Assembly (NCBI GenBank): GCA_036785375.1
Contig: JAWMAR010000008.1
Span: forward strand, 4,030,001 to 4,094,000
Source: Leucoraja ocellata
Taxonomy: Eukaryota
DNA: 64,000 nt
Direction of reading: 5' to 3'
The stretch's first letter is position 1. Every line of letters begins with the position of its first letter. The notes beneath the pieces were generated by a model, which was given only the letters and a program-made list of their open reading frames with translations, had not been told where the DNA came from and made no database searches. Below, piece after piece: positions 1 through 11,119 of the stretch. Made by a program: the position numbers and the translations under genes.

Positions 1-549
1 AGCATCATACCAGGTTTTGGCATATGCATACACGCAAGCACTAAGACGCATACACACGTTTATATGCGGACATTGATTGGTGGATTCAGACACCGATGGT
101 TTCCACCACCTATCACATTCCTCCAATCTTCCCAATTACCCACAATTTAACACCTCACTGTCTTTCCTAGGCTTTCTCTCCTTCACTATCCCTCCCTAAC
201 CCCCTTCACCCTTTCCTCTCTCTTGAACATTGCTGTTGGCCCTACCCTTCCTTCCCTGGACCATGAATCCCTCCCCATTTCTGTGTCACGGGCAGATCAT
301 GAAAGGGTTCCATTCCTGAGAACTGTTTATGAGCTGATTTCTCCACTTGTCAGAAGCACCCGTTTTCTATAGCTGCACACATCATTTCCCTGCGCACACC
401 TGCTATGCACTTCATTGAATATCCACCCGAACACAACCCATAATATAAATCATGGAGAAAATACTGTATCCGTTCATTAATGAATGCAACAAAACATTTA
501 ATTAGTTTTATTATTATTTATATACATATAAAACTCTCATCTTGTCGTC

Positions 550-550
<1 letters not shown>

Positions 551-616
<66 letters not shown>
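551..616 (+). repeat. (TAA)n microsatellite, ~22 units; (TTA)n 3' tail of the adjacent Rex1/Babar LINE
   Basis: Perfect taa run seen directly; it abuts the 3' UTR of the minus-strand LINE fragment. Confidence 0.9.
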
Positions 617-619
<3 letters not shown>

Positions 620-910
620 TTTTATTGATCCCTTCAGGGAAATTCAGATGTCCAGAAGCCCCCAACCAACAAATTCACAGATTCAGAACGAAAGCAGACA
701 GAAAATACATAGAATACACTGTGGACACTACCTGAAAGCAATAAATACTTAAAAAGACCAATAATTAACAATTAAAAATTAAAAATTGCAAAAATGCACC
801 CCCCTACAGCCTAGCGGTCCGAATTATAAAATCTAATGGCTGCAGGGGTGAAGGATCTCCTGAACCGCTCCGTTCTACAGGGCAGGGAGAGGAGCCGGTT
901 GTTGTTCCGA
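551..910 (-). mobile_element. 5'-truncated Rex1/Babar-type LINE 3' end
   Basis: Minus ORF ends RLLSLPCRTERFRRSFTPAAIRFYN, the typical Rex1/Babar C-terminus, followed by a 3' UTR and (TTA)n. Possible TSD gtcgtctt (544-551) / gtcatctt (911-918). Confidence 0.7.
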
Positions 911-1049
911 GTCATCTTTTGAGTTGTTTTTAAATTTGCGCAAAAATGGTACCCGATAGCGCCACGATTTTTCACCACCTTACTCGCCATTCTCCTGTAC
1001 TGCAAGTGCATCAAGTTTTGTTCCAATCGGCGAAATATTACATAAGTTA

Positions 1050-1460
1050 TTGGTCTTCTCTCCTGTCATTCGCTAGGACGGAGACGCCCCTTCCAGCATC
1101 CGCTGTCAATCACCGATGGCGAGAATAAAGCTGAAGGAGCGGAGTGAGCAGAGTGTGAGCGGGGGCTGTATTCGCGGGCGGGGCTGTATTCGCGGGCGGG
1201 CGGATGGTGGCAGTGTTCGCGGGCTGTGTATGTGGGCGGGCGGGGTCTGTGTTCCGCGGGCGGCCTTTTTCCTTCGGGTGGCGGCGGCGGCGACCACCAC
1301 GACGAGCCAGGAGCTGCTGAGTGCAGCCGGGGCCGGGAGCCAATGAGTCCGACAGGAGCCGGGGACGGGAGCTGGTGAGTGAGTCTGGAGCTGGTGATTG
1401 CGGCCACACACCCCCTCCTCTCCTCCTCCCCTCCTCCTCGCCTTCCCCCGTACCACACAC
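1050..1460 (+). promoter_or_regulatory. CpG island / TATA-less promoter with GC boxes
   Basis: Very GC- and CpG-rich against a CpG-depleted background; several GGGCGG boxes (~1176, 1194, 1233); 18-bp direct repeat ggggctgtattcgcgggc at 1162-1179 and 1180-1197. Confidence 0.7.
1343..1374 (+). CDS. candidate first coding exon (MSPTGAGDGS...) of an unidentified host gene; may instead be 5' UTR
   Basis: ATG at 1343 inside the CpG island, then CTG|GTGAGT consensus donor at 1375. Kozak context is weak and no homology was recognised. Confidence 0.3.
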
Positions 1461-1545
1461 ACCCCCTCCCCTACCCCCACAACCCCCCCTACCCCCACAA
1501 GCCCGCTCCCCCACACAACCCCCTTCCCCACAACCCCCTCCCCTA
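1407..1545 (-). repeat. C-rich low-complexity tract (G-run array on minus strand)
   Basis: Repeated ccccctccccctaccccca / acaacccc units. Confidence 0.75.
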
Positions 1546-2439
1546 CAAATGTTGCCTCATTCGCAGAGTTCCTCCAGCACTTTGTGTTTGTTCAAGATTT
1601 CAGCATTTGCAATTCCTTGTGATGAAAAGTAATGGTTTTCCATTTTAATGGTCAAATCTCTGGATAGAAACCGTGGGAGATGCAATTTTTTTTTGATTGT
1701 TGACACTTCTATCCCATTGATCTGAAACCAATTAAAATTCAGGGACCCAGAAACGAAAGGACAATAATTTAACACACATGGACTCAATCCCTTCATTGTC
1801 GCTGATGTATCATTGAAATGACAGTTTAAGTCTACACAGTACAGTACTTGGAAATCACAGCAGAAAACGACAATGAGATTATAAAACAGAGGTTCCTCAC
1901 ATATTAGGACTCAAACTGTAACAAACTCACCCACGTTATAAGTGAACAATAGTTTAGAGCCTCCAGCTCTTCCCACTCTGTATCCTTTGTTGCTGGTGTT
2001 CATTAAAATCAATTTTCATAGATTCACAAAAGGTGTTAAAATGTGACAACACTGATGGAAGCAAAAATCTGGAAGAAATGGGTTTAGTTCCAGCAATAAA
2101 TACGATTCACAGCTGGATATAGTCTACTCATTGTTTTTACTAAACAAGCACTCAAGGTTGCCTCGATCCCATTAGCTACTTTATTGGGGAAAATGTAAGT
2201 GGGAAATGGTTTGATATTTGAGAGAGTGGATGATTGAGAGGTTTCTAGACTTTGGGTTGTTCAGCAGACTTGCTATCCTGTATTACAAAAGCAAAATGGT
2301 GCAGATGCTATAAACCTGAAATTAAAACAGAACACGCTGCTAATGTTCAGCAGGTTGGGCAGAATTTGTTGATGAAAAGGTAACTGCGCAACATCTGTCA
2401 GAGGAACAGCAACAAATGTAACAAAATCGATGATTTGAG

Positions 2440-3870
2440 GAGGGGTCGTACTGGACCTTGCATTGGTAAATAAGCCTGGCTAGGTGATTGGTGTTTCAGT
2501 GGCAGAGCATTTTGAGCACAACTCCATACATTTGAAGACAGCGAAGAATAAGGATATATGTCTGGACCTTCAAAGAGGTTACTAAATTGGGGTAAGGCAC
2601 ATTACAACATTATTAGGCAGGAACTAGGTAGCATAAATTGGGAATTGTTATTGAGTAAGTCCACATCAAACATGTGGGTATTGTTGATCAGCTGATAAGA
2701 CTTCAGGACTAGCATGTTCCAATAAGGAGGGATAAGGATGGCAATGTGAGAACCTTGGATGATCAGAGACGGTGTAAATGTGATCAAAAAGGAAAAGGAA
2801 CCACATGTATTGTTTAGGGCAATGAAGTCTGACTGGGCCTTTGAGGAAAATAAAGCAAGCAGGAAGAACACAAGTTTCTCCGGAGATGCTGCCTGACCCA
2901 CTCAGTTACTCCAGCATTTTGTGTCTATCTTCGGTATAAACAGCATATGCAGTTCCTATGCAGGAAAGAACGCAAGCAGGCAATTAGAAGGGGCAAAAGG
3001 GGTCATAAAATGTCATTGGCAAGTCGGATTAAAGAAAATCTCATGATATTTCGTACAAAAATTAAAAACAAGAGGATAACTATGGAGACGGTAGGAGCAC
3101 TCAAGTATAAAGGAGGATGTTGATACTTGGATTGTGAGGATGTAGGCAAGGTACTAAATGAGTACTTGCATCTTATTCACCATGGAGGATGTGGAGGATA
3201 ATGAGATTAGTGCGGAGAAGATTAATAATCTAGGGCAGTTTGAGATCAAGAAAGAGGTGGTGGTGGGGGTTTTGAAGAGCATTAAGGTGGATAAATCCCC
3301 AGCACCTGATAGGATCACTCCTAGGTTATTGAGGGAGGCAAGAGATGTGATTGCAGAGACCTTGTGAAGAGACCTTCTCTCTAGCCACAGATGTCCAAGA
3401 AGACTAGAGTGTAGTTAATGTTGTTCCTATGTTGAAGAAGGGAAGTAGAGATAATCCAGGAAATTATAGTCCAGTAAACCTCATCTCAGTGGAGAGAATC
3501 TATTGGAGAGGATTGTTCGTGATCGGATTTACCCCCATTTGGAATGGGATAATTACGGACAATCAGCATGTCTTTGTCCAAGCAGAGTCACGTCTTACCC
3601 ACTTGATTTAGTTTTTTGAGGAGTTCACAAAGGTGTTCCACGAGGGTAGGGCAGTGGATGTTGCCTATATGGATTTTAGTAAGGTATTTGTTCAAGTAGG
3701 CTGATCAATTAGAATAAGATGCATGGGATCTACCACAGTTCCGATTCAGATCTGGCTTAGCCTTAGAGGATAGAGGGTAGTGTTGGAAGTGTGCTATTCT
3801 GGCTGGAGGTATGTGACTAGTGGTGTTAGGCAGCAATCTGTGCTAGGAGCTCCGTTGTTTGTGATATACA
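2440..3870 (+). mobile_element. degenerate CR1-clade LINE ORF2 (endonuclease C-term to RT)
   Basis: Translated pieces IKVDKSPAPDRITPRLLREA, KKGSRDNPGNYSPVNL, AVDVAYMDFSKVF, VTSGVRQQSVLGAPLFVIYI; many stops and frameshifts. Confidence 0.9.
2874..2958 (+). mobile_element. Penelope pseudo-LTR fragment nested in CR1
   Basis: gatgctgcctgacccactcagttactccagcattttgtgtcta matches other pLTR copies; flanked by gcaggaagaacacaag / gcaggaaagaacgcaag (TSD-like). Confidence 0.7.
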
Positions 3871-5358
3871 TCTTTGCCATTGATCCAACCAAGAACTGTG
3901 ATATCATTAGCAAGTATAAAAAATTGCCACTGTACGTGGCCATTCAGTACCGGTGTCAGAGGTTATGGGGAGAAGGCAGGAGAATGGGGTTAGGAGAAAG
4001 AGATAGATCAGAGATAGATTTTCTCTCTTTAACCGCCTTCATTTATCTTGCCCTCGTTGCAGTCATCAACACGTGCCCTTCTGTGACGGCATCTCAAGTG
4101 ATTTTGGATATTTGTGCCAAGCAATTGAATTGCTTGCGCTGTGCAGATTTATTCAGCACACGTTTCATCCAAAATCGATGCAACCTATTGTGAAGCTCAT
4201 GGGTGATCATTTCGGGGTGAAATCACAAAATTGGATTGGATCCTTTCAGTTAAAATCCATGTTACTGCATCCAGTATTTTCCTTCGTATTGTCAGCCCTC
4301 ATGTTTGATATCTTCCCGAGCTAAGCTGGAGCTCCCACTCAGGGCCAGAAACCTACAGTCGCTTGGCAGTCACAGCAAACAAGGAGCCTAGCCATTGGGA
4401 TCCCATTCAAAAGGCCACCTGGCTCTCAATGGCGCACTTCGCAGCGCAGATTCAGGCTGCTCACTGCAGACAACTCACACACCTCTCACAGCACAGTGTT
4501 GAACGCAAACAATTAAAGAGCAATCTTCGGACAGTCTATTTACTGAGAAGCACATTAAATGTGTGTGTTGTGAGATCCCTCTGTGGATGAGAAGGACGGC
4601 CTTCTCCTCCAGCTGATCAGGGTCTGCATGTGAGGGTCAGCATCCTTCCTCTATCCCTGCTAGTTTCTGCCTCGATGTAGGGTATGAAGTCAGTAACGTT
4701 TTTTAATTGTTTTATTTTATATTTCACCATAATGGTCTGGTTGCGTAGTATAACTGGCCATTTATAGTTTATTCTACATTTATTTGTTGTGTCGTTGCAT
4801 TAATATGCCTGCAGCTGCAGACGGTAAGAATTATTCATTGTTCTGTTTCTGGTGCAGAGGACAATTAAACACTCCTGTCGCCTGGTGTTAAGCAACACTT
4901 TGAGGGGGGCAGCTGTCCGTGTGTACTGGGAGCAGGGGTGTACGGGTGGAGGTGAATGTGTGTGTGTGTGGTTTGTGTGCTTGCGTCAGCATTAGAGATT
5001 TATAACCTGTTCTCCCTGCAGCCATATATCTCATTTATTAGCACCAATTCCCCCTCTGAGTAATTTGCTGCTTTCTTTGCACTCTCAAGCCTCTCTCCAT
5101 TGCACGGCAGCAATTATGTGTGTCACTGCTCTCTGGTCTCCGTGGGGAATGTGCCTTTAAGGGCTGGTGCCCCCTCCTCTGATTGCTGCAGATCAAAGCT
5201 GTGGCAGGTGCAGTAATCTGGTGCTCCACACCACCTGAAGTCGTGAGGTAAAGCCATTTTGGACGCACTTTGTCACACTAATTTTCAGCCAAGCAACAAT
5301 GATTCAGGAAGAATGAAGTTCCATTTCTAGGCAATGGTTAATGGATTGGTCCCTGGTC

Positions 5359-5662
5359 TTTAGTTTAGTTTAGTTTAGAGATACCGTGTGGAAACAGGCC
5401 CTTCAGTCCACCGACTCCACACACCGACTGACGGGCCCGCAATCACCCTTACACTAGTTCTATCCTACACACTAGGGATAATTTACAGAAGCCAATTAGC
5501 ATACTAACCTGCACGTCTTTGGAATGCGGGAGGAAACTGGAGCACTCGGAGAAAACCCATGTGGTCACAGGGAGAATGTACAAACTCTGCACAGACAGCA
5601 CCCGTAGTCAGGATCGAGCCCTGGTCTCTGGTGCTGTGAGGCAGCAACTGTACTGCTGGTCC
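5359..5662 (-). mobile_element. HE1-like tRNA-derived V-SINE
   Basis: B-box-like head, V-domain, CR1-like tail and (ctaaa)n end, all on the minus strand. Confidence 0.85.
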
Positions 5663-6240
5663 AACATGTGAACAGCATGAGCAGGGCTTCCATTAATGGC
5701 ACAGATTGACCTTAGCCTGCTCCATGACGTGCATTTCCTTTGAATCAGATTGTTTAAAATTGTCAACAATATCCAGTTTAGTCTATCTCACAATATTTAT
5801 TTCGTTAGCTTCACCTTAGCCAGTTTTATCTGAAGCCCTTTCCAACAAGTATTGCATTGTTGGAATATGCACAAGTGTTTCGACATGATTCCTTTGTTAT
5901 CTGTTAGAATACTAAGTCAGTCTGGTTTTATAAAACATGTATGTATTTAAAACTGCTAGAGTTGCAAGTAGCCCTGTCATCTCTTGTTAAAGCTGCCATT
6001 TCGTTCCCAAGGAGTCGGCTTCAACAAGATGGTTGCTGACAACACAAAAGACACAATTGACAGAATCAGCCCCGGTATTGCAGGATTCCTGCAGACAAAT
6101 GACAACTTGTTCAACAAACAAAAAAAAAATGCAGATGTTGGAAATCTGAAATGAAAGCAGAAAATGCTGCAAGTACTCAGCTTGTCAGGCAGCCTACTCT
6201 TTCAGATGTAAATTTAAACAAAATAAAAATGCAGAAAAAG

Positions 6241-6710
6241 GGAGGCCACGGTGGCGCAGCAGTAGAGTTTCTTCCTTACAGCGCTTGCAGCGTCAAAGAC
6301 CCGGGTTCGATCCCAACTTCAGGCACTGTCTATACGGAGTTTGTATGTTCTTCCTGTGACCTGCGTGGGTTTTCTCCGAGATCTTCAGGTTTCCTCCCAC
6401 ACTCCAAATACGTACAGGTATGTAGGTTAATTGGCTTGGTGTATGTGTTAAGAATTGTCCCTAGTGTGTGTAGGATAATGTTCTTCTTCTTTTTGCATAT
6501 GGAGTGCACTGCCTAAAGTTGTAGGACAACTTGTTCTATTTGGTCTCATTGGATTTTGCACACCGGGTTAATTAGATTTGTTGAAACAGGGCAGACCACG
6601 TGAAGGTTGCAATCTTCCACCCCAGGATAATGTTAATGTGCAGGGATCGCTGGTCGGTGTGGATTCAGTGGGCCGAATGGCCTGTTTCCACGCTGTATCT
6701 CTAAAACTAC
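6241..6710 (+). mobile_element. HE1-like V-SINE interrupted by a 141-bp insertion
   Basis: A box ggtggcgcagcag, B box ggttcgatccc, V-domain gagtttgtatgttct...ctgcgtgggttttctcc, tail gggccgaatggcctgtttcc. Confidence 0.9.
6483..6623 (-). mobile_element. ~140-bp (GAA)n-tailed short retroposon, copy 1
   Basis: Perfect 11-bp TSD aggataatgtt (6472-6482 / 6624-6634); homologous to 48340-48478. Confidence 0.8.
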
Positions 6711-6712
6711 AA

Positions 6713-7145
6713 TTAACCATATAACAAATAACCATATAACAATTACTGCACGGAAACAGGCCATCTCGGCCCTACAAGTCCGTGCCGAACAATTTTTTTT
6801 TTTCCCCTTAGTCCCACCTGCCTGCACTCATACCATAACCCTCCATTCCCTTCTCATCCATATGCCTATCCAATTTATTTTTAAATTATACCAATGAACC
6901 TGCCTCCACCACTTCCACTGGAAGCTCATTCCACACCGCTACCACTCTCTGAGTAAAGAAGTTCCCCCTCATATTACCCCTAAACTTCTGTCCCTTAATT
7001 CTGAAGTCATGTCCTCTTGTTTGAATCTTCCCTATTCTCAAAGGGAAAAGCTTGTCCACATCAACTCTGTCTATCCCTCTCATCATTTTAAAGACCTCTA
7101 TCAGGTCCCCCCTTAACCTTCTGCGCTCCAGAGAATAAAGACCTA
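6713..7145 (-). mobile_element. CR1 LINE 3' end (young)
   Basis: ORF RGIDRVDVDKLFPLR...TRGHDFRIKG...FFTQRVVAVWNELP is the CR1 ORF2 C-terminus; atatggtt-type tail. Confidence 0.92.
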
Positions 7146-9969
7146 AGACCTAATTAAAACTAGAGAGGCTGAAAATCGGAGAGACAAACAGCAAAAGGCT
7201 GAAAAAACTCATCAGAACTGATGAAGGATCTTCGAGCTGAAATGAATATAGGACAAAGAACAGTAGAGCACAGGAACATGCTAATGCCGAAATTGATGCC
7301 TAGTTAAACAGATCTCATCTGCCTGCACATGATCCGTATCCCTCTATTCCCTGTACTTCCATGTTCAACTTTCAAATGTAAGCGGTTTCTCTTTCTGAAG
7401 AATGTTATCAGGCCTGCTGAGGTTTGTGCAGCATTTTCGGTTTTTATTAATGTTTCAGGTCAACAACCTTTCACACAATATACCTTTCATCACAAAATAA
7501 CTTGTTCATTTTGTTCACTCACCCTGGAGATGAATGGTTTGTTTGTTGTCAGAACTGACTGCAACAGCTTGTTCTTTGATCCCCTTTGATTTTCAATTTA
7601 TTTATTAAACGATGATGTATCTAGACAGGAAAGTGCCAATTTCTCATTTGTTTCCCTTATAATGGAGGAATACTTAACTCATGACCAAAGTCATTTGGGA
7701 CACTGCCCCAAATGAGATTGTTTTTCACTCCTGAATGGTTATTTTTTTCTCTATTTGAATTTCGTCAGGAATAATTAATTTTGTCCGATTTGTACGTTGT
7801 GCTTTGATCCCCACTGGCTGACGAATGAGGAAAGCTTTATTTAATCAGTGGCTTAAAGGGAGCTCAGTGACTTTAGTCAGGTCCAAACGAATTAGGCTGG
7901 AATGAGAACTGACTATTATTTGAACAGAAAATCTGCTTCTCACAATCTACTGACACTGAGGTCTCATAATCTCAGAATGCAAGAGAGCCAGAGGAACAAA
8001 CATAAAACACCATAGATGAGGAGTTTGCTCAAAGTCCTTTCTCTTTTGATCTGTAACTGAACTGCTCGATATATCTTTCACTTTAAAGTCTATGCTGAAA
8101 ATGACTCGAGGGAATATGTGTTACAGTGGAATTAGCTGAATGTGTGGAACCATCTGGAATGTCCTGCTGTTGATTTATCAGCCATGGACTATATGACCAA
8201 GTGTGAGCAATGCAAGGCTTCAAGGCAATAACTAACCATATGGACAACTTTGTGATTGAAGTGCATATTAACCAAGCTCATCGAATATTTGTGCTGCTTA
8301 CTAAACTTTGCGAATTTAGGAAGGAGCAGAAATTCAAATATTTTGATTCGCGAGACGGTTTTAATTTGAGGCATCCAAACCGCAGTGTTCACCTGACTGT
8401 AACCAGCAGCAACCAACGTTTGATTTGTCACAGTGGGGTATTATTAGTGTCAGTCGATATATGTGAATCCATCAAAAACAACTTCTCTGATCCTGGTATC
8501 AGATGCCAGAGTTACAGGAAGAGACCCCAGAAGTCTGTTCACACTGGAGGAGAGGTGGTCATATTGTTTGGAAATATCCTTAACTGTTTTGAGAAGAAAC
8601 CTCTGAATTTTTTTTCCATGGTGGAAAGATTTGAAATTGTGGTGGACAGGGATTTGCAGTGGGGGTGGTGAGCAACATATAGAATAAAGCTTGGAAGTGA
8701 ATGGGCATAAGTTCATATGACATTAAATAGAGAATGAGAAATATTTGGAACAGACATTTTAGGATGGGCAGCCGGGACTGATAAGCACTAATTTTATAAT
8801 GAATGTTAAATATTTGGTGAGAAAAGTAGCTCGGAGATATAGATTTAAATGTGTACAGTATGTTGTGTTGGGCTTAAGTAAAGGGATGTTTAGCTGAACT
8901 GTACTTTCCATGTGCTTACCGCAAAGGTAATGCTGGCCTGTCAAAAACATGGGGTTTGTATGTCAAGGCAAGACTTTCTAAGGGCTGTTATTTTAACATC
9001 TTAGAAAGTAATGGAGTCTGTGCATTGATATTTATTCCAGTACAACGATTCTGCTGCCCTCTTGTTTGCTGATGTCGTTTGCCTTGCCTGAAATCGGAAC
9101 GGATGGAAGGGGTAATCTTCTTGGCAAAAGGAAGAATAACAGAGTGTTTGAGCTCCTACTGCTGATTGCTGTCGAACATTTCAGAGTGAGCTGATTGAGA
9201 ATAGCAACGGGATTCACTGTGTTACACCCCACAGTGGGAAAAGAAACTTGCGAACACCCCTTGACTGGGCTCACACATCAAGAGCGGCAGATTGTTTCAG
9301 GCTGACAGTGTGCCGCTGTTTTGCTGCTGTTACCTATTGTGCTGTGCTGCAGGCAAATTTGCACCTTCTCAAGAGGAGGCAAGACAGAAGTTCTTTTGAG
9401 GATTCTGGTTGCTTTGAGGTTGTTGATGATTTAATATTGCCTTCTTCACTAAAGTAAGAATTGAATTGCCTGGTGATTTAAGCAACCTCAAAATAGAACA
9501 TGAATTTTTAAGTACTCATTTGAATTCATTCTGCATTGTTATTGCGGTACTTAACATTTTCTTGCACTGAGCTTTACTGGCTGGGCTCATTGTGTCTGCA
9601 CAATAATGGAGTTATAATGTTTATCTCAGAAAAGCCTTTGGTTCCTTCATTCCTGGAAGACTGTGAAATAATATCTCAATGTTGTACAGCAGTCAAACAT
9701 TTGATTCCATTCAGCACCTGTTTCATGATGCAAGACACAATCAACCCATGCACCCAATATCAGAGCATATCTGTGTCAAGCATCAGAATCCTAACATTTT
9801 TCTCACTGCAATAATAAACTTAAGCTTTCTACTGGTGTGGAGCTAATCAGTAGGAAAAAATAAGAAACTATGCAATCATCACTCCAGAACCAAGATCATC
9901 TGAGCTACTGTGTGCACACTATCCTGTTGTATGTCTACTTCTGCTTGGGTAGTCCCTTGGGATTGATGA

Positions 9970-10680
9970 TAAGGTCATTAGGAATAGAATTAGGCTATTT
10001 GGCCCATCAAGTCTACTCCGCCATTCAATCATGGCTGATCTATCTCTCCCTCCTAACCCCATTCTCCTGCCTTCTCCACATAACCTCTGACACCTGTACT
10101 AATCAAGAATCTATCTATCTCTGTCTTAAAAATATCCACTGACTTGGCCTCCACAGCCTATATGGCAAAGAATTCCACAGATTCACCGCCTTCTGACTAA
10201 AGAAATTACCTTCCTAAAAGAACGTCCTTTAATTCTGAGGCTAAGACCTCTGGTCCTAAACTCTCCCGCGAGTTGAAACATCCTCTCCACGTCCACTCTA
10301 TCCAAGCCGTTCACTATTCTGTATGTTTTAATGAGGTCCCCCATCATTCTACTAAACTCCAGCAAGTACAGGCCCAGTGCCGACAAACGCTCATCATCGG
10401 TTAACATACTCATTCCTGGGATCATTCTTGAAAGCCTCCTCTGGACCCTCTCCAGCCAACATATCCTTCCTCAGATATGGTGCTCAAAATTGCTCTCAAT
10501 ATTCCAAATGTGGCCATACCAGCGCCAGAGACCCCACTTTCGCTACACTACCTGCCCCTCCACCTATTTTCATATCATCCACAAACATTGCCACAAAGCC
10601 TTCATTCCCCTCGTCCAAATTATTAATATGCAATGTGGAGAGTAGCTGCCCTAGCACCAAACCTTGCGGAACTCCACTTG
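9970..10680 (-). mobile_element. CR1 LINE 3' region with internal deletion
   Basis: SGVPQGLVLG, FVDDMKIGG, LVWPHLEY, LGLYLLEFSRMMGDLI motifs and the CR1 3' UTR. Confidence 0.9.
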
Positions 10681-10955
10681 GCTGAGGAGGCAATGTGGGA
10701 GCCAAACATTGCTCCTTAGATGACGCAGTAGGTGGCCAAAAGTGTGAGGTGCTGGGTGGGTGGTTTGAGAGGTAGTTTGCTAAAGCAGGGCTTCTGTGCT
10801 GTCCTGGTCCACAGTCCATAATGTTCCTTCGCCACTTTGAGTGATCCAGGTTTTCCCAGACATCAGTGAGGATGTTTCATTTCTTCAAGATGTTTTCGAG
10901 TAAATCTGTTCCTTTGGTCACCTGTCGATGTCTTTGCACGATGAAGCTCAGGATA

Positions 10956-11119
10956 TGTGTAGGAAGAAACTGCAGATGCTGGTTTAAATTGAAGATTGAA
11001 AAAAAGCTGGAGTAACTCAGCGGGACAGGCTGCATCTCTGGATAGAAGGAATGGGTGACGTTTCGGGTCAAGACCCTTCTTCAGTCTGAAGAAGGGTCTC
11101 GACCCGAAACATCACCCAT
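10956..11119 (-). mobile_element. Penelope pseudo-LTR insertion ending in a 69-bp palindrome with hammerhead cores
   Basis: pLTR sequence; palindrome 11051-11119; flanked by atgaagctcaggata (10941-10955) / atggagcttaggata (11118-11132). Confidence 0.85.

Noticed and set aside
480-752. ORF with a poly-Asn tract
   Set aside because: It is the translation of the (TAA)n tail of a Rex1-type LINE.
1066-1648. Several overlapping Pro/Gly/Arg-rich ORFs
   Set aside because: Expected from stop-poor GC-rich and C-rich DNA; no domain recognised.
6241-6330. tRNA genes at SINE heads
   Set aside because: A/B boxes are present but each continues into a V-domain and CR1 tail with no full cloverleaf.
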